A stretch of DNA of 64,000 bases from a virus (taxonomy: Duplodnaviria > Caudoviricetes). Under the pieces are notes generated by a model. It did not search any database. It was given only the letters and a program-made list of their open reading frames with translations, and had not been told where the DNA came from. Positions 26,972-35,561 of this stretch are shown piece by piece (the first letter of the stretch is position 1; every line of letters begins with the position of its first letter). The DNA lies in the IMG/VR virus record IMGVR_UViG_3300009873_000009, positions 1 through 64,000 of that record; one strand, written 5' to 3'. Made by a program: the position numbers and the translations under genes.

Positions 26972-26981
26972 GATTGGTCTC

Positions 26982-27920
26982 CTAGGTCAGGGTCGCCGGG
27001 ATTCCCAGCAACAGGAAATTGGACTCCGCATACCTCTCCAACGTGATCACGGCAGGGTCCGCTCCTCCCTGCACTGGACGGCCTTGTCCGTCCAAGAACA
27101 CGCGAGTGTTCTCACCATTGATGTCTTTATATTGCTCGAAGTTCTTCGGATCGGTCAGGTCCGCTATTCCGGGATCTAGTTTGTTGTCCTTCAACGCGCT
27201 GCCAGGCGCCCAGCCAAGCAAGCACATCGTTCCCTCATCCAGCACTCGCCGATCCCAGGTGTTGCCGTTGGCCTCGAATTCATACACCACGGTGAAGTAG
27301 AACGAGCAAGTGCCGTACAGCTGGCGTTGCCAGGTTGCCGAGGAGAGCTTGATCATCCGCGAACCAAGCCCCCACAGCGAACTGTCGTTGACAGTATTGG
27401 CCATCGCGGCGATGACACCAAGGGGCAGAGTCCCAATATTCATCTCGACCCGGACGGAGGGGCGGGTCTCATCAAACTCCACCATCTTGCCGCGAATCTG
27501 TTCCAAGGCGCTGTTGCGGAACGGATTCCCGAAGCGGTCCTCGTGGCACTCCACGGACTCGGCAGCAAACGAACCGCTGATCTTGGGAGGCTCGGCGAGG
27601 GGGCTTTCAATGGACGAGTCCTGGCAGCGCTTCAATGGCTTGGTGCTGAAAAGCTGCTCGACCGTCCAGAGCGTCGACTTCTCCTGTCCCTGCATGTGCT
27701 GCTGAACCGTCCAGTTGGGCCAGCAGTAGGCCCACGGATCGTGATCAGCGAAGAAGGACCACGACGATCCCACCGAGGGGAGTCCGGGACAGTTGAAGAC
27801 AGCCGCCGGCCCGAGCTCGACGTCTCGAGTGTCTATCAGCCATTTCATTCGGTACTCGCGGTGCCCGTCCTTGTCGCGGCTACCGCTCCACCCAATCTCT
27901 CCCAAAACAATGGCAGACAT
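26982..27920 (-). CDS. Putative tail tip/distal tail protein
   Basis: 312 aa, directly after the tape measure gene. Confidence 0.65.
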   Translation of the reverse strand: MSAIVLGEIGWSGSRDKDGHREYRMKWLIDTRDVELGPAAVFNCPGLPSVGSSWSFFADHDPWAYCWPNWTVQQHMQGQEKSTLWTVEQLFSTKPLKRCQDSSIESPLAEPPKISGSFAAESVECHEDRFGNPFRNSALEQIRGKMVEFDETRPSVRVEMNIGTLPLGVIAAMANTVNDSSLWGLGSRMIKLSSATWQRQLYGTCSFYFTVVYEFEANGNTWDRRVLDEGTMCLLGWAPGSALKDNKLDPGIADLTDPKNFEQYKDINGENTRVFLDGQGRPVQGGADPAVITLERYAESNFLLLGIPATLT

Positions 27921-27923
27921 GAT

Positions 27924-30900
27924 CTACAGCTCCGCGAGTTTGATTGTCATGATCTCGCCAGGTTCCTTGCGAGTGTTGTCGGCAATGATCTCCAGATGCC
28001 GAGCCATCTCCGCCTCCTTGGCGTTCTGGATTTTGTCGGGCACCGCAAACTGGAAGCGGTCCACTCGCGCGGCGTCCGGTCCGAGGCGACGAGGAGCAAC
28101 AGGCTCAACAGCCGCCACCCCTTCCCCCTTCAACGCCCGCTCCGTCATGTCGCGATGCTTGCGGAAAGCGTCCAGCCGCGCCATCGCCTCCGCACTGCCC
28201 GCCTCCACCGCGTCAATGCCTGTCACCTTGAAGTCTACCTTCAAGTCCTTGGCCATCTGCTTTCGTGCTTCGGCCATTTCATAGTTGAAGGCTTGAAGAC
28301 TGATTCGGTTCTTGTCCAGCAGTCCCTTCAACTCCTCCTCGGTCTTCTTGAAGCGCTCCATCGGAGAAGCGTATTTCTGCATGATCTTCTCCGCTTTCTC
28401 CATGGCCTTCTTCTCATCCTCCAAAGCACGTAGCTTCTTGGACAAAGCTCGAACGCCATCCAGTTGAGCGTCTGTAGCTCCTCGCTGGGCGAGCTCCCAC
28501 TGCTTGATTTCGTCTGAGTGCATGCCGAAAGTAGCGATCTGCTTCTTGATCTCATCCTCAAGCTCGCCAATCTCGCCAGACAGCTCGGAGGTCATCGCCT
28601 CCGCCCCTCCATCCAACATCGGGGCGTGTTCCACCATTGCTGTGTTCACCGCAGCATAATAGTCTTGGACCACCTTATCCGCGTAGACATCCATCTGCTG
28701 CGGGATGTCGTATTTGAATTCCGGCGCACTCTTCAGCGAGGAGACGAATCCTTCCAAGGGCAGCTTGAGGTTCTTGCCCTCCTCAGCCATAACCCGATTC
28801 ATCTCCCCAATGAGATCCGTGTTGTGCATCCCCGCCTGGAAGTCTCCACCCATCTTGGCGAAGAAGTCCGAGAAGGAAACCTCCCGGCCCATCAGGCTGT
28901 TCTTGATAACCTCCCACAGCTTCTTGCCGAACTCGATCAGGTATCCGGAGGCGACTTTCAGTCCGTTCCAGATCGCTTCGTTGAACTCCCCTTGGAACAA
29001 CCGGGTGAACATACCGGAGAGCCAACCCTGCCAGACTGTCCAGAGTCGGAAGACAGTCTTCAACGCCACCATGGTGTTATGCTCCATGTTGGAGTGGTAG
29101 GTGGCCAACAGCCCCGCCATGTCCGTCAGCACTCCCCGCCAGTTGTCCGGAATCCATTTCATGAACGCTTGGAAGTTGTGCTGGATGTTATACAAGAACC
29201 CGCGGGCCTTCGTCACAAAGTTCTCGAGCCAGATGACGCTTTGCTCCCACGCGTACTGCATTCCCTCCGGTCCCACAATAGCGTAAGTGATTCCTCCCAC
29301 CGCTGCGGCAATAGCAGCGACCGCCGCAACGTAGGGAGCCACGGCAAGACCGGCCGAAATAACACCGGCGAGCGAGCCAACAGCAGTCACCACCAAGCCC
29401 AAGGCGGTCACAGCGGAACCAAGCATCACAAGGAGAGGACCGACAGAAGCAGCCACCGCCGCTATAATGAAAGCAGCTTGCTTCATTTCCGGGCTCAACG
29501 CCCTCCACCATTCAATGCCCTGGCGGACATATTCGTTGAGCTGGAGAATGTAAGGAGCCAGAGCTTGTCCGATCTCGATCGCCACCAGCGTCAACTGATT
29601 CTGGAGGATTTTCATCTGGCTGGCGAAGCTTGCCATCTGCTTATCCGCCACGTCCTTCGTCACCCCTCCCGCCTCACGCAGTCCCTTTTCATACGCTTCG
29701 ATCTTGTCTGAAGTGCCGAGCAAGGCCTTGATTGCGGCAACAGACCTGTCCTGAAAACCAAGCATGGCGAAAGTCGCCGACTTCTGTTGGTCGGACATAC
29801 TGCCTAGCTTGTCCTCCAGCTGGCGGATGATCTGGACCATCGGGAGCATCTTGCCAGAACCATCGTACACCGAAACACCCAGGCGTTTCCAGTCGTCGGC
29901 TTGCTTCCGGCTCGAGGTCTGTAAATCCCGCAGCACGATATCCAGCTTCTCGCCAGCCATCTCAGCCTTGACGCCTTGGTCCGCATAAGCCGCCAAGACC
30001 GCAACTCCTTCCTCAACGTCCTTGTTTAGGAGACGCAAAGCCGTGCCGGACTTGGTTGTGAGCGCGACGGAGAATTGCTCCACCGAAGCATTGGCCAAAA
30101 TGTTGGCCTTGGTCAACACGTCGGAGAGACGCGTCATGTTCTCCATGTGGACTGCCGAGTCCTTGGAGCTCAACCCTAGAGCGGACTGCGCATCAGTCAG
30201 CAAATCAGTAGCTCGTGCCATGTCAAAAGCGCCAGCCGTGGCAAACTTCTCGACAACAGGCAACGAAGCCATAGACTGCTCGGCATTCAAACCAGCCGAA
30301 GCAAGGAAGAAGTAAGACTCCGCCAGCTTGTCCGGACCGATAACACCACTGGCCGCCAAGTCCTTGGCCACGTCCGCCATCTGGCGACGGGTTCCATCAC
30401 TAAGATCCCCCATGATGGATAGGGACTTGGTCATGGCGTCGTCAAACTTGCTAAACTCATTCACCGCCACAGCGGCGAACGCCACGATCGGTCCTGTGAC
30501 CGCAAGAGACATCTGCTGCCCAAATCCGGAAATACGATCCCCCACCATCCCAATGCTTTGACCAAGATTGGTCAACCGTTCAGATAGAGGAGGGACTTTC
30601 TCCCCAGCCTCCCCCAGCTCCTTCTCCAGCTGGTTCGTAGCGCGATTGTAGTTCTCGAGTGGAAGCAGGCCGGCGTTATAAAGCATCGTTAGTTCGGCGA
30701 GCTTCTTGGCGTGGCGCTCCTCGGGAGTCAGAGTCCCTTCAATGACAGACTTGGCACGAGCGACTGCGTTGTTGTACGCCTCCTGCGAGCCGGTCAGAGT
30801 CGGCAGCTTGGAATTGGTTTGAGCTAGTGCCCGGTTGTACGTCTCCTGGGTGATGTGACCACCGGCAAGGAGCATACCAAGCTCCTCAACGCTCTGTGCG

Positions 30901-31136
30901 TACTGCTCCATCGGAGTGGCCGTTGCCGCAGTGATCTCCGCCGCACGGCGCATAGCCTCGGCTTGAGCGTCCAAGGCGTCCTTGGAAGCCTGCTCGATGT
31001 TCTTGACGGCGTCGGCGGTCAATTCCTCCGCCATCACAAGGACGTCGGTGTAACTATCCCCGTCCGCAAGGAGGGTGAAGACGAGACTTTCAACGTCCCC
31101 TCCTCCCCCTCCGCCGCTATTTCGTTCTCGGGCCAT
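27924..31136 (-). CDS. Tail tape measure protein (TP901-like core)
   Basis: 1070 aa, helical; FDDAM...LLTDAQSALGL, AEMAGEKL repeats; central hydrophobic segment. Confidence 0.92.
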   Translation of the reverse strand: MARERNSGGGGGGDVESLVFTLLADGDSYTDVLVMAEELTADAVKNIEQASKDALDAQAEAMRRAAEITAATATPMEQYAQSVEELGMLLAGGHITQETYNRALAQTNSKLPTLTGSQEAYNNAVARAKSVIEGTLTPEERHAKKLAELTMLYNAGLLPLENYNRATNQLEKELGEAGEKVPPLSERLTNLGQSIGMVGDRISGFGQQMSLAVTGPIVAFAAVAVNEFSKFDDAMTKSLSIMGDLSDGTRRQMADVAKDLAASGVIGPDKLAESYFFLASAGLNAEQSMASLPVVEKFATAGAFDMARATDLLTDAQSALGLSSKDSAVHMENMTRLSDVLTKANILANASVEQFSVALTTKSGTALRLLNKDVEEGVAVLAAYADQGVKAEMAGEKLDIVLRDLQTSSRKQADDWKRLGVSVYDGSGKMLPMVQIIRQLEDKLGSMSDQQKSATFAMLGFQDRSVAAIKALLGTSDKIEAYEKGLREAGGVTKDVADKQMASFASQMKILQNQLTLVAIEIGQALAPYILQLNEYVRQGIEWWRALSPEMKQAAFIIAAVAASVGPLLVMLGSAVTALGLVVTAVGSLAGVISAGLAVAPYVAAVAAIAAAVGGITYAIVGPEGMQYAWEQSVIWLENFVTKARGFLYNIQHNFQAFMKWIPDNWRGVLTDMAGLLATYHSNMEHNTMVALKTVFRLWTVWQGWLSGMFTRLFQGEFNEAIWNGLKVASGYLIEFGKKLWEVIKNSLMGREVSFSDFFAKMGGDFQAGMHNTDLIGEMNRVMAEEGKNLKLPLEGFVSSLKSAPEFKYDIPQQMDVYADKVVQDYYAAVNTAMVEHAPMLDGGAEAMTSELSGEIGELEDEIKKQIATFGMHSDEIKQWELAQRGATDAQLDGVRALSKKLRALEDEKKAMEKAEKIMQKYASPMERFKKTEEELKGLLDKNRISLQAFNYEMAEARKQMAKDLKVDFKVTGIDAVEAGSAEAMARLDAFRKHRDMTERALKGEGVAAVEPVAPRRLGPDAARVDRFQFAVPDKIQNAKEAEMARHLEIIADNTRKEPGEIMTIKLAEL

Positions 31137-31446
31137 TCTTGTTTCCCTTCTTTGGAGGAGCCTTGGCTGTCCCTGTCAACGCTCCCCAAAAGGCCTTGGA
31201 CCTGGCGGCTCTGGTTTCCTTCGTCACGCTCCTGTCCGGTTGAACCCGCTTAGGTTTGAACCGGATCAAGAACGGGTCGAGCTTAATCCTGCCAGGGTTC
31301 TTCTTGTTGACCCGCCGAATCTCCTGAGCAATCTGCGCAAGATAGTAATCCTGCTTCTCAACGACATTGCACAGGTTGTCAAGATACTCCTGCCACTTCA
31401 GGAACTCGGTGGACGTGGTGAGCCGGCGGCACAACTGAACCGGCAT
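31117..31446 (-). CDS. Tail assembly chaperone, gpT-like frame (reached by -1 frameshift)
   Basis: Open in the -1 frame back to the slippery site: GKRLEGEDEAWFRLASHLHMPVQ... Confidence 0.75.
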   Translation of the reverse strand: MPVQLCRRLTTSTEFLKWQEYLDNLCNVVEKQDYYLAQIAQEIRRVNKKNPGRIKLDPFLIRFKPKRVQPDRSVTKETRAARSKAFWGALTGTAKAPPKKGNKNGPRTK

Positions 31447-31490
31447 GTGAAGGTGAGAAGCGAGGCGGAACCAAGCCTCATCCTCACCTT

Positions 31491-31871
31491 CTAGTCGTTT
31501 CCCTCCTCGCCCTCATCCTCCTCCTGGGTCTTGCCCTTGACGCTCATGCCGGAGAGCTTCAGAGCCTCCTCGGCCAGACGTTCCAGAACGCTAGCGGGCC
31601 ATCCCTTCATGGTAGCCTCCTTGACCGGGCTCTCCGACCCCTCCTTGTAAAGGCAGAGTGCCAAGATGGACGTGTGGATGCCCTCGAAGGATTTGATCCC
31701 GATGGTCTTGCCCGTCTTCAGATCCTTCTCCGAGCGGGCTTTCATCTGGTTCATATACTGCTCGCGCTGCGTTCCGTTGAGCTCCTTGATGACGTAGTTG
31801 TCGGAGCCGAGCTTGACCGGCAAGGTCTTGAGGTCCAGGTCGAACGCGAGCACGCAGTCTGTGGTAGCCAT
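31491..31871 (-). CDS. Tail assembly chaperone gpG-like
   Basis: MATTDCVL... after GGAG; lies between the tail tube and tape measure genes. Confidence 0.8.
   Translation of the reverse strand: MATTDCVLAFDLDLKTLPVKLGSDNYVIKELNGTQREQYMNQMKARSEKDLKTGKTIGIKSFEGIHTSILALCLYKEGSESPVKEATMKGWPASVLERLAEEALKLSGMSVKGKTQEEDEGEEGND
31497..31503 (-). other. -1 programmed ribosomal frameshift site G GGA AAC
   Basis: XXXYYYZ heptamer two codons before the gpG stop; the -1 frame joins ORF 31117-31446. Confidence 0.85.
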
Positions 31872-31893
31872 CGTCTTGGTCTCCTGCGGACAT

Positions 31894-31935
31894 AAAGCAA
31901 AAGCCTGGGGAGGTTGTCCGAGACCCTCCCCAGGC
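31894..31935 (-). terminator. Intrinsic terminator after tail tube gene
   Basis: GCCTGGGGAGG/CCTCCCCAGGC stem followed by TTTTGCTTT on the minus strand. Confidence 0.75.
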
Positions 31936-31974
31936 CACAAGAAACGAAGAAGCTCATCCCCTCCAGGAGGAGCT

Positions 31975-32400
31975 TTAGGCCGAGCGAACCGGAGCGATCT
32001 CGTCGCCGTTGTCGTCCTGATTGCTCGGGATGATCTGCACCTCAGCTTCGGGCTGCTCGCCTTCCACCGTTTCATTCGGTTGGAAGGAGTTGATCCAGCC
32101 CCAGAAGACCAGCGTGTCCCCGTCCTCAAAGGTGACAGTGATCTCCTGATTGACGTTGATCATCAGCATGATCTGGTCGTAGACCGCGGGATCGTAGGCG
32201 CACGTCAGGCTGGACTCGGTGAGAGTCTTCAGCTTCTTCGGGGCCTTGGTGCGCCAAGCCGAGTTGCGCATGGTGGTGGTATCGTTCTCACCACCGCCGT
32301 CAATGCCCGGAGGCGTGACCGTCTTCTCCCACAACTTCACCGCGCCGTTCTCGGCGAAAGCGATTGTCGTCGGATGTCCATCGTCCAAGCGTCGCGACAT
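31975..32400 (-). CDS. Major tail (tube) protein
   Basis: VTPPGIDGG...DTTT...LTCAYDP...FEDGDTLVFWGWI; synteny. Confidence 0.75.
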   Translation of the reverse strand: MSRRLDDGHPTTIAFAENGAVKLWEKTVTPPGIDGGGENDTTTMRNSAWRTKAPKKLKTLTESSLTCAYDPAVYDQIMLMINVNQEITVTFEDGDTLVFWGWINSFQPNETVEGEQPEAEVQIIPSNQDDNGDEIAPVRSA

Positions 32401-32450
32401 AGCAGAATCTCCTTAACCGTGGAGGGGTTGAAACAAGGAAAAATGCGGAG

Positions 32451-33050
32451 CTAGTTGACGAGCGCCGCGATGCGCAGGTTGGCAGTGCCGGCCGAGTCCC
32501 CGTTGGAGAAGAAGGCCTTGGTGATATCGTCTCCGACCACCGGGTTCGCCGACCCGTCGCCGGTATCCCAGCGGAACATCTGGTCCTCATCCAGATCAAT
32601 GGCGAGCTCGACCCCGCCAGCATCCTCCAGGACGATGAGACCCTTGCGGGTTCCAGACGCCACAAGGAGCTGAAGGTCGTCGCCATCAAAGAGGAAATTC
32701 TCCTCGATGGGAACGAACGCTGTGATCTCGGACTCGTCCGCGGGCAGGTTGTCTCCCGCTCCACCGTCGATGGGGACGGCATTGCCGGCGACGGTGCCGA
32801 CCGTCATGCCATAGCGACGGCCCCCGTCCCAATACACATCGAGCCGCTGGCCGGTGGTGATGGAATGGCCGGCGTCCATCGTCAACTCACCGGTATCGTC
32901 ATCCGTGCGGGTTGTGAGATTGCCGGTCTTCGCGGCGGCGAGGGCAGTCTTCTCCTTGGTATTCAGGCCTTCGCCTTCCACAGTGCGCTGCTCACCGTAT
33001 CCCTTCCCGGCGAGCGACACCTGATTGTTGACGGTAGCGCGATACGACAT
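32451..33050 (-). CDS. Putative virion structural protein
   Basis: 199 aa, acidic and Gly-rich, in the neck/tail block. Confidence 0.6.
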   Translation of the reverse strand: MSYRATVNNQVSLAGKGYGEQRTVEGEGLNTKEKTALAAAKTGNLTTRTDDDTGELTMDAGHSITTGQRLDVYWDGGRRYGMTVGTVAGNAVPIDGGAGDNLPADESEITAFVPIEENFLFDGDDLQLLVASGTRKGLIVLEDAGGVELAIDLDEDQMFRWDTGDGSANPVVGDDITKAFFSNGDSAGTANLRIAALVN

Positions 33051-33053
33051 GGT

Positions 33054-33503
33054 CTAGTCCTCCAAGAAAGTGAGTGTGATAACGCCGTTGAACGTATAGG
33101 TCGTGCGACGCTTCTCGTCCTGTCCCAATCCCAGGAGGGTTCCGGTCCGACTGATGTTATCCACCCGCCAGACCTCTCCGTCGACAGTGACGTTTTGCCG
33201 TACCACTCCGTCCAACGCCAAGGCGATGGATTGCGCCCTACCATAGCTTATCGAATCGCTGCTAGCACGAACCCGAATCTGGAAACCTGGGTGTTCTATC
33301 CTCTTGCCATCACCCATCAGTCTTCCGTCCGGGAAACCAGACGTGTTGTAGACAGCGATGGCGTTGTCGTGGGTGTTGCCTCCGTCCGGCATGTGAGCAA
33401 CGTAGGCAATCCACTCCTTCTTCGGCAGGGCGGGAGTTTCAGCAGCCTCAGCTACACCAAGGTCGACTAGCAGCTTACACAAGACCTGCGCTGGGGACTT
33501 CAT
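33054..33503 (-). CDS. Tail terminator / minor capsid-3-like protein
   Basis: PGFQIRVRA, LGQDEKRR...TFN; synteny. Confidence 0.65.
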   Translation of the reverse strand: MKSPAQVLCKLLVDLGVAEAAETPALPKKEWIAYVAHMPDGGNTHDNAIAVYNTSGFPDGRLMGDGKRIEHPGFQIRVRASSDSISYGRAQSIALALDGVVRQNVTVDGEVWRVDNISRTGTLLGLGQDEKRRTTYTFNGVITLTFLED

Positions 33504-33862
33504 TTGTCAATCTCCTTCCTGACGATCTCTCGCATCTCAGCCCGCTTCTCTCGCGCGGGCTGCTCCAGGTACTTTGCCTGCTTACCTGGTGCGTGCGCGG
33601 CTTGTAAGTCCTCATGAACGTAGATGGCGTAGTCCATGCCATACGTGACATAGACCACCGTCGAGAGTCCTTCCCCCTCAGCCCGGGTGTTGGCGCTGTT
33701 GCGAAGAGCTCCCGTATCGATGGGAACTATCTTCTGGCTCTCGCGCTGCAAGAAGAGACCGGCCTTCTTCAGACCGACCTGCATACCCTTAGCGTGCTCC
33801 TTGCGTTTGCGGCGCAGAGCTTTGATGATCGCTTCAACTCCCTTGGCCTTGACGCTGGGCAC
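33500..33862 (-). CDS. HK97 gp10-like neck protein
   Basis: VPIDTGALRNS, YAIYVHE, QAKYLEQP. Confidence 0.8.
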   Translation of the reverse strand: MPSVKAKGVEAIIKALRRKRKEHAKGMQVGLKKAGLFLQRESQKIVPIDTGALRNSANTRAEGEGLSTVVYVTYGMDYAIYVHEDLQAAHAPGKQAKYLEQPAREKRAEMREIVRKEIDK

Positions 33863-34206
33863 TACAGATACGCCGTTAGAAGCGTCTCCTTGAGGTTCAG
33901 TTTCGGGATCTTGGAGAACTGGCGGATCTCGAACACGCCGGTGTTGTTGCGAGGGGTGACAACGTCGAGCACACTGTCCAACGTCCCCAGCATCAACAGC
34001 CCGCCAATCGGAGTATCACGATCCACGTACACTACCGATTGGCTCACCTGCTTCGTTCCCTCGCGGTCAAGAAACTCGACCGCCATGTCCTCCCAACGGC
34101 AGTCGATCTCCTGCGGGCCTTCGTACAACGGCGACCCTTCCGCGTCCGCGCCAAGCAAAGGCCAATAAACAGCCTTCTGCTTACGCATCCTCGTGATCAG
34201 GCTCAT
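33862..34206 (-). CDS. Head closure protein
   Basis: 114 aa; canonical position in the head-neck block. Confidence 0.6.
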   Translation of the reverse strand: MSLITRMRKQKAVYWPLLGADAEGSPLYEGPQEIDCRWEDMAVEFLDREGTKQVSQSVVYVDRDTPIGGLLMLGTLDSVLDVVTPRNNTGVFEIRQFSKIPKLNLKETLLTAYL

Positions 34207-34613
34207 CCGGCGTCCTCCAGAGTGGGTTCAGTTCCGGCCCAGTGGACGGAGGGCGGTCGTCGCTTATAGCCGTCCTCCATGGACTTGTTCAGCGCGGCCA
34301 ATCCTCCCTCGGTGTCGAGGAGCATGGCTTGCTGCCCATACATGGTGGATTGGAGGTTCAGGCCAAGCTTGTATTGCTTGGCCTCGCTCACCGGTCCGAC
34401 GCCTTCACTCGCAACTCGCAAGTCCCTCACCGCATAGAAGTGAGCAGCCAGCCAAGTCTCGATGAGCGTCAACGTCTCCTCATCATAGCCGTAGTCCTCG
34501 ATGGCGCACACGCGCGTCACAATGCTGTTCGCCGCGGCAATGAACGGCGTCAAGGTGATGGTGTCGTCCGTCTCAATGATCGCCTGGACTTCAGGTGCGG
34601 TTGTTCGGGGCAT
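34203..34613 (-). CDS. Head-tail adaptor (DUF4054-like)
   Basis: IETWLAAHF, SEGVGPVS, STMYGQQ. Confidence 0.7.
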   Translation of the reverse strand: MPRTTAPEVQAIIETDDTITLTPFIAAANSIVTRVCAIEDYGYDEETLTLIETWLAAHFYAVRDLRVASEGVGPVSEAKQYKLGLNLQSTMYGQQAMLLDTEGGLAALNKSMEDGYKRRPPSVHWAGTEPTLEDAG

Positions 34614-35561
34614 TTAGACTTCTCCCACCATGGAGGGCAGTTCGTAAGTCGCGCCGGCGTCTGCCGGGATGGTCACGATAAAGTTCTTGGCGCTGGTCCC
34701 GCGGGAGAAGCTGTACGTCACCCCTTTGAACAGATCGGTGAATTCCACCAATCCGTTCTCATCGCTCATCGCTGTCCGCGGCGTGCTGTCATACGAAATG
34801 CCGAGGCCGTTCAGCGGAGCTTGACGGATGAGGAACGTGAACTCGACTCCCTGTTCCGGATCGCCAACTTCGTCGTACGCTACCACGAAGCCGGTTGTCA
34901 TCTCCGGATCAGCAGATGGCGTGACGGCAACCTGGGTGAGCTCGATCTCGGCGGTCTCGTCCCCGTTCACTTCCAAGACTTCCGGGGTGTAGCTGTAACC
35001 CGACTTGGATGCGGCGATGTCCCAGTCCCCGTCGTTCAGCAAGAACGTGATCTCCCCATCCACGTTGGACTGACCGACGTAGGACTCCACCCCCTGCGTC
35101 ATTCGTACGGTGACAGCGGAAAGCGGGTCAACTCCGTCCGTCGTTGTGATGGTGACTGTCCTCGCGCCGCCGCCGAGCTGGTCGGTAGTGACCTGCTTAG
35201 CGCTGTTCGCCTTGGGAGTGTGATTAGCCTTCAGCATCCGCATCAGTGGGACGTGAAGGTCGCCAGACTCTTTGATGTATTCCAGGAACAGAACACCAAC
35301 GTCAAACGGGCTGGCTGCCGCACCAAGAGGGTCACGAGTCCAATGACCGTCGTCTTGATGAGTCATGGCGTTGGCTTGGGCTGTCGCCTGCCAGGTGCCA
35401 TCCGAGCACCGCCACCACTTGCCGGCATTAGCTCCCGACAACGCCTTCAAGTACCAATTGACGGTCCCGGAGACAATGGGATCGCCGTTGGCTCGCGCGA
35501 GGAGCGTGAACCCGCGGAGACCTGTTTCTCCGGCTTCAATGGTCTGATAGTCGGCGGCCAT
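34614..35561 (-). CDS. Structural protein with beta-sandwich (carboxypeptidase-regulatory-like) modules
   Basis: GQSNVDGEITFLLNDGDWDIAASKSGY, SDENGLVEFTDL. Confidence 0.6.
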   Translation of the reverse strand: MAADYQTIEAGETGLRGFTLLARANGDPIVSGTVNWYLKALSGANAGKWWRCSDGTWQATAQANAMTHQDDGHWTRDPLGAAASPFDVGVLFLEYIKESGDLHVPLMRMLKANHTPKANSAKQVTTDQLGGGARTVTITTTDGVDPLSAVTVRMTQGVESYVGQSNVDGEITFLLNDGDWDIAASKSGYSYTPEVLEVNGDETAEIELTQVAVTPSADPEMTTGFVVAYDEVGDPEQGVEFTFLIRQAPLNGLGISYDSTPRTAMSDENGLVEFTDLFKGVTYSFSRGTSAKNFIVTIPADAGATYELPSMVGEV

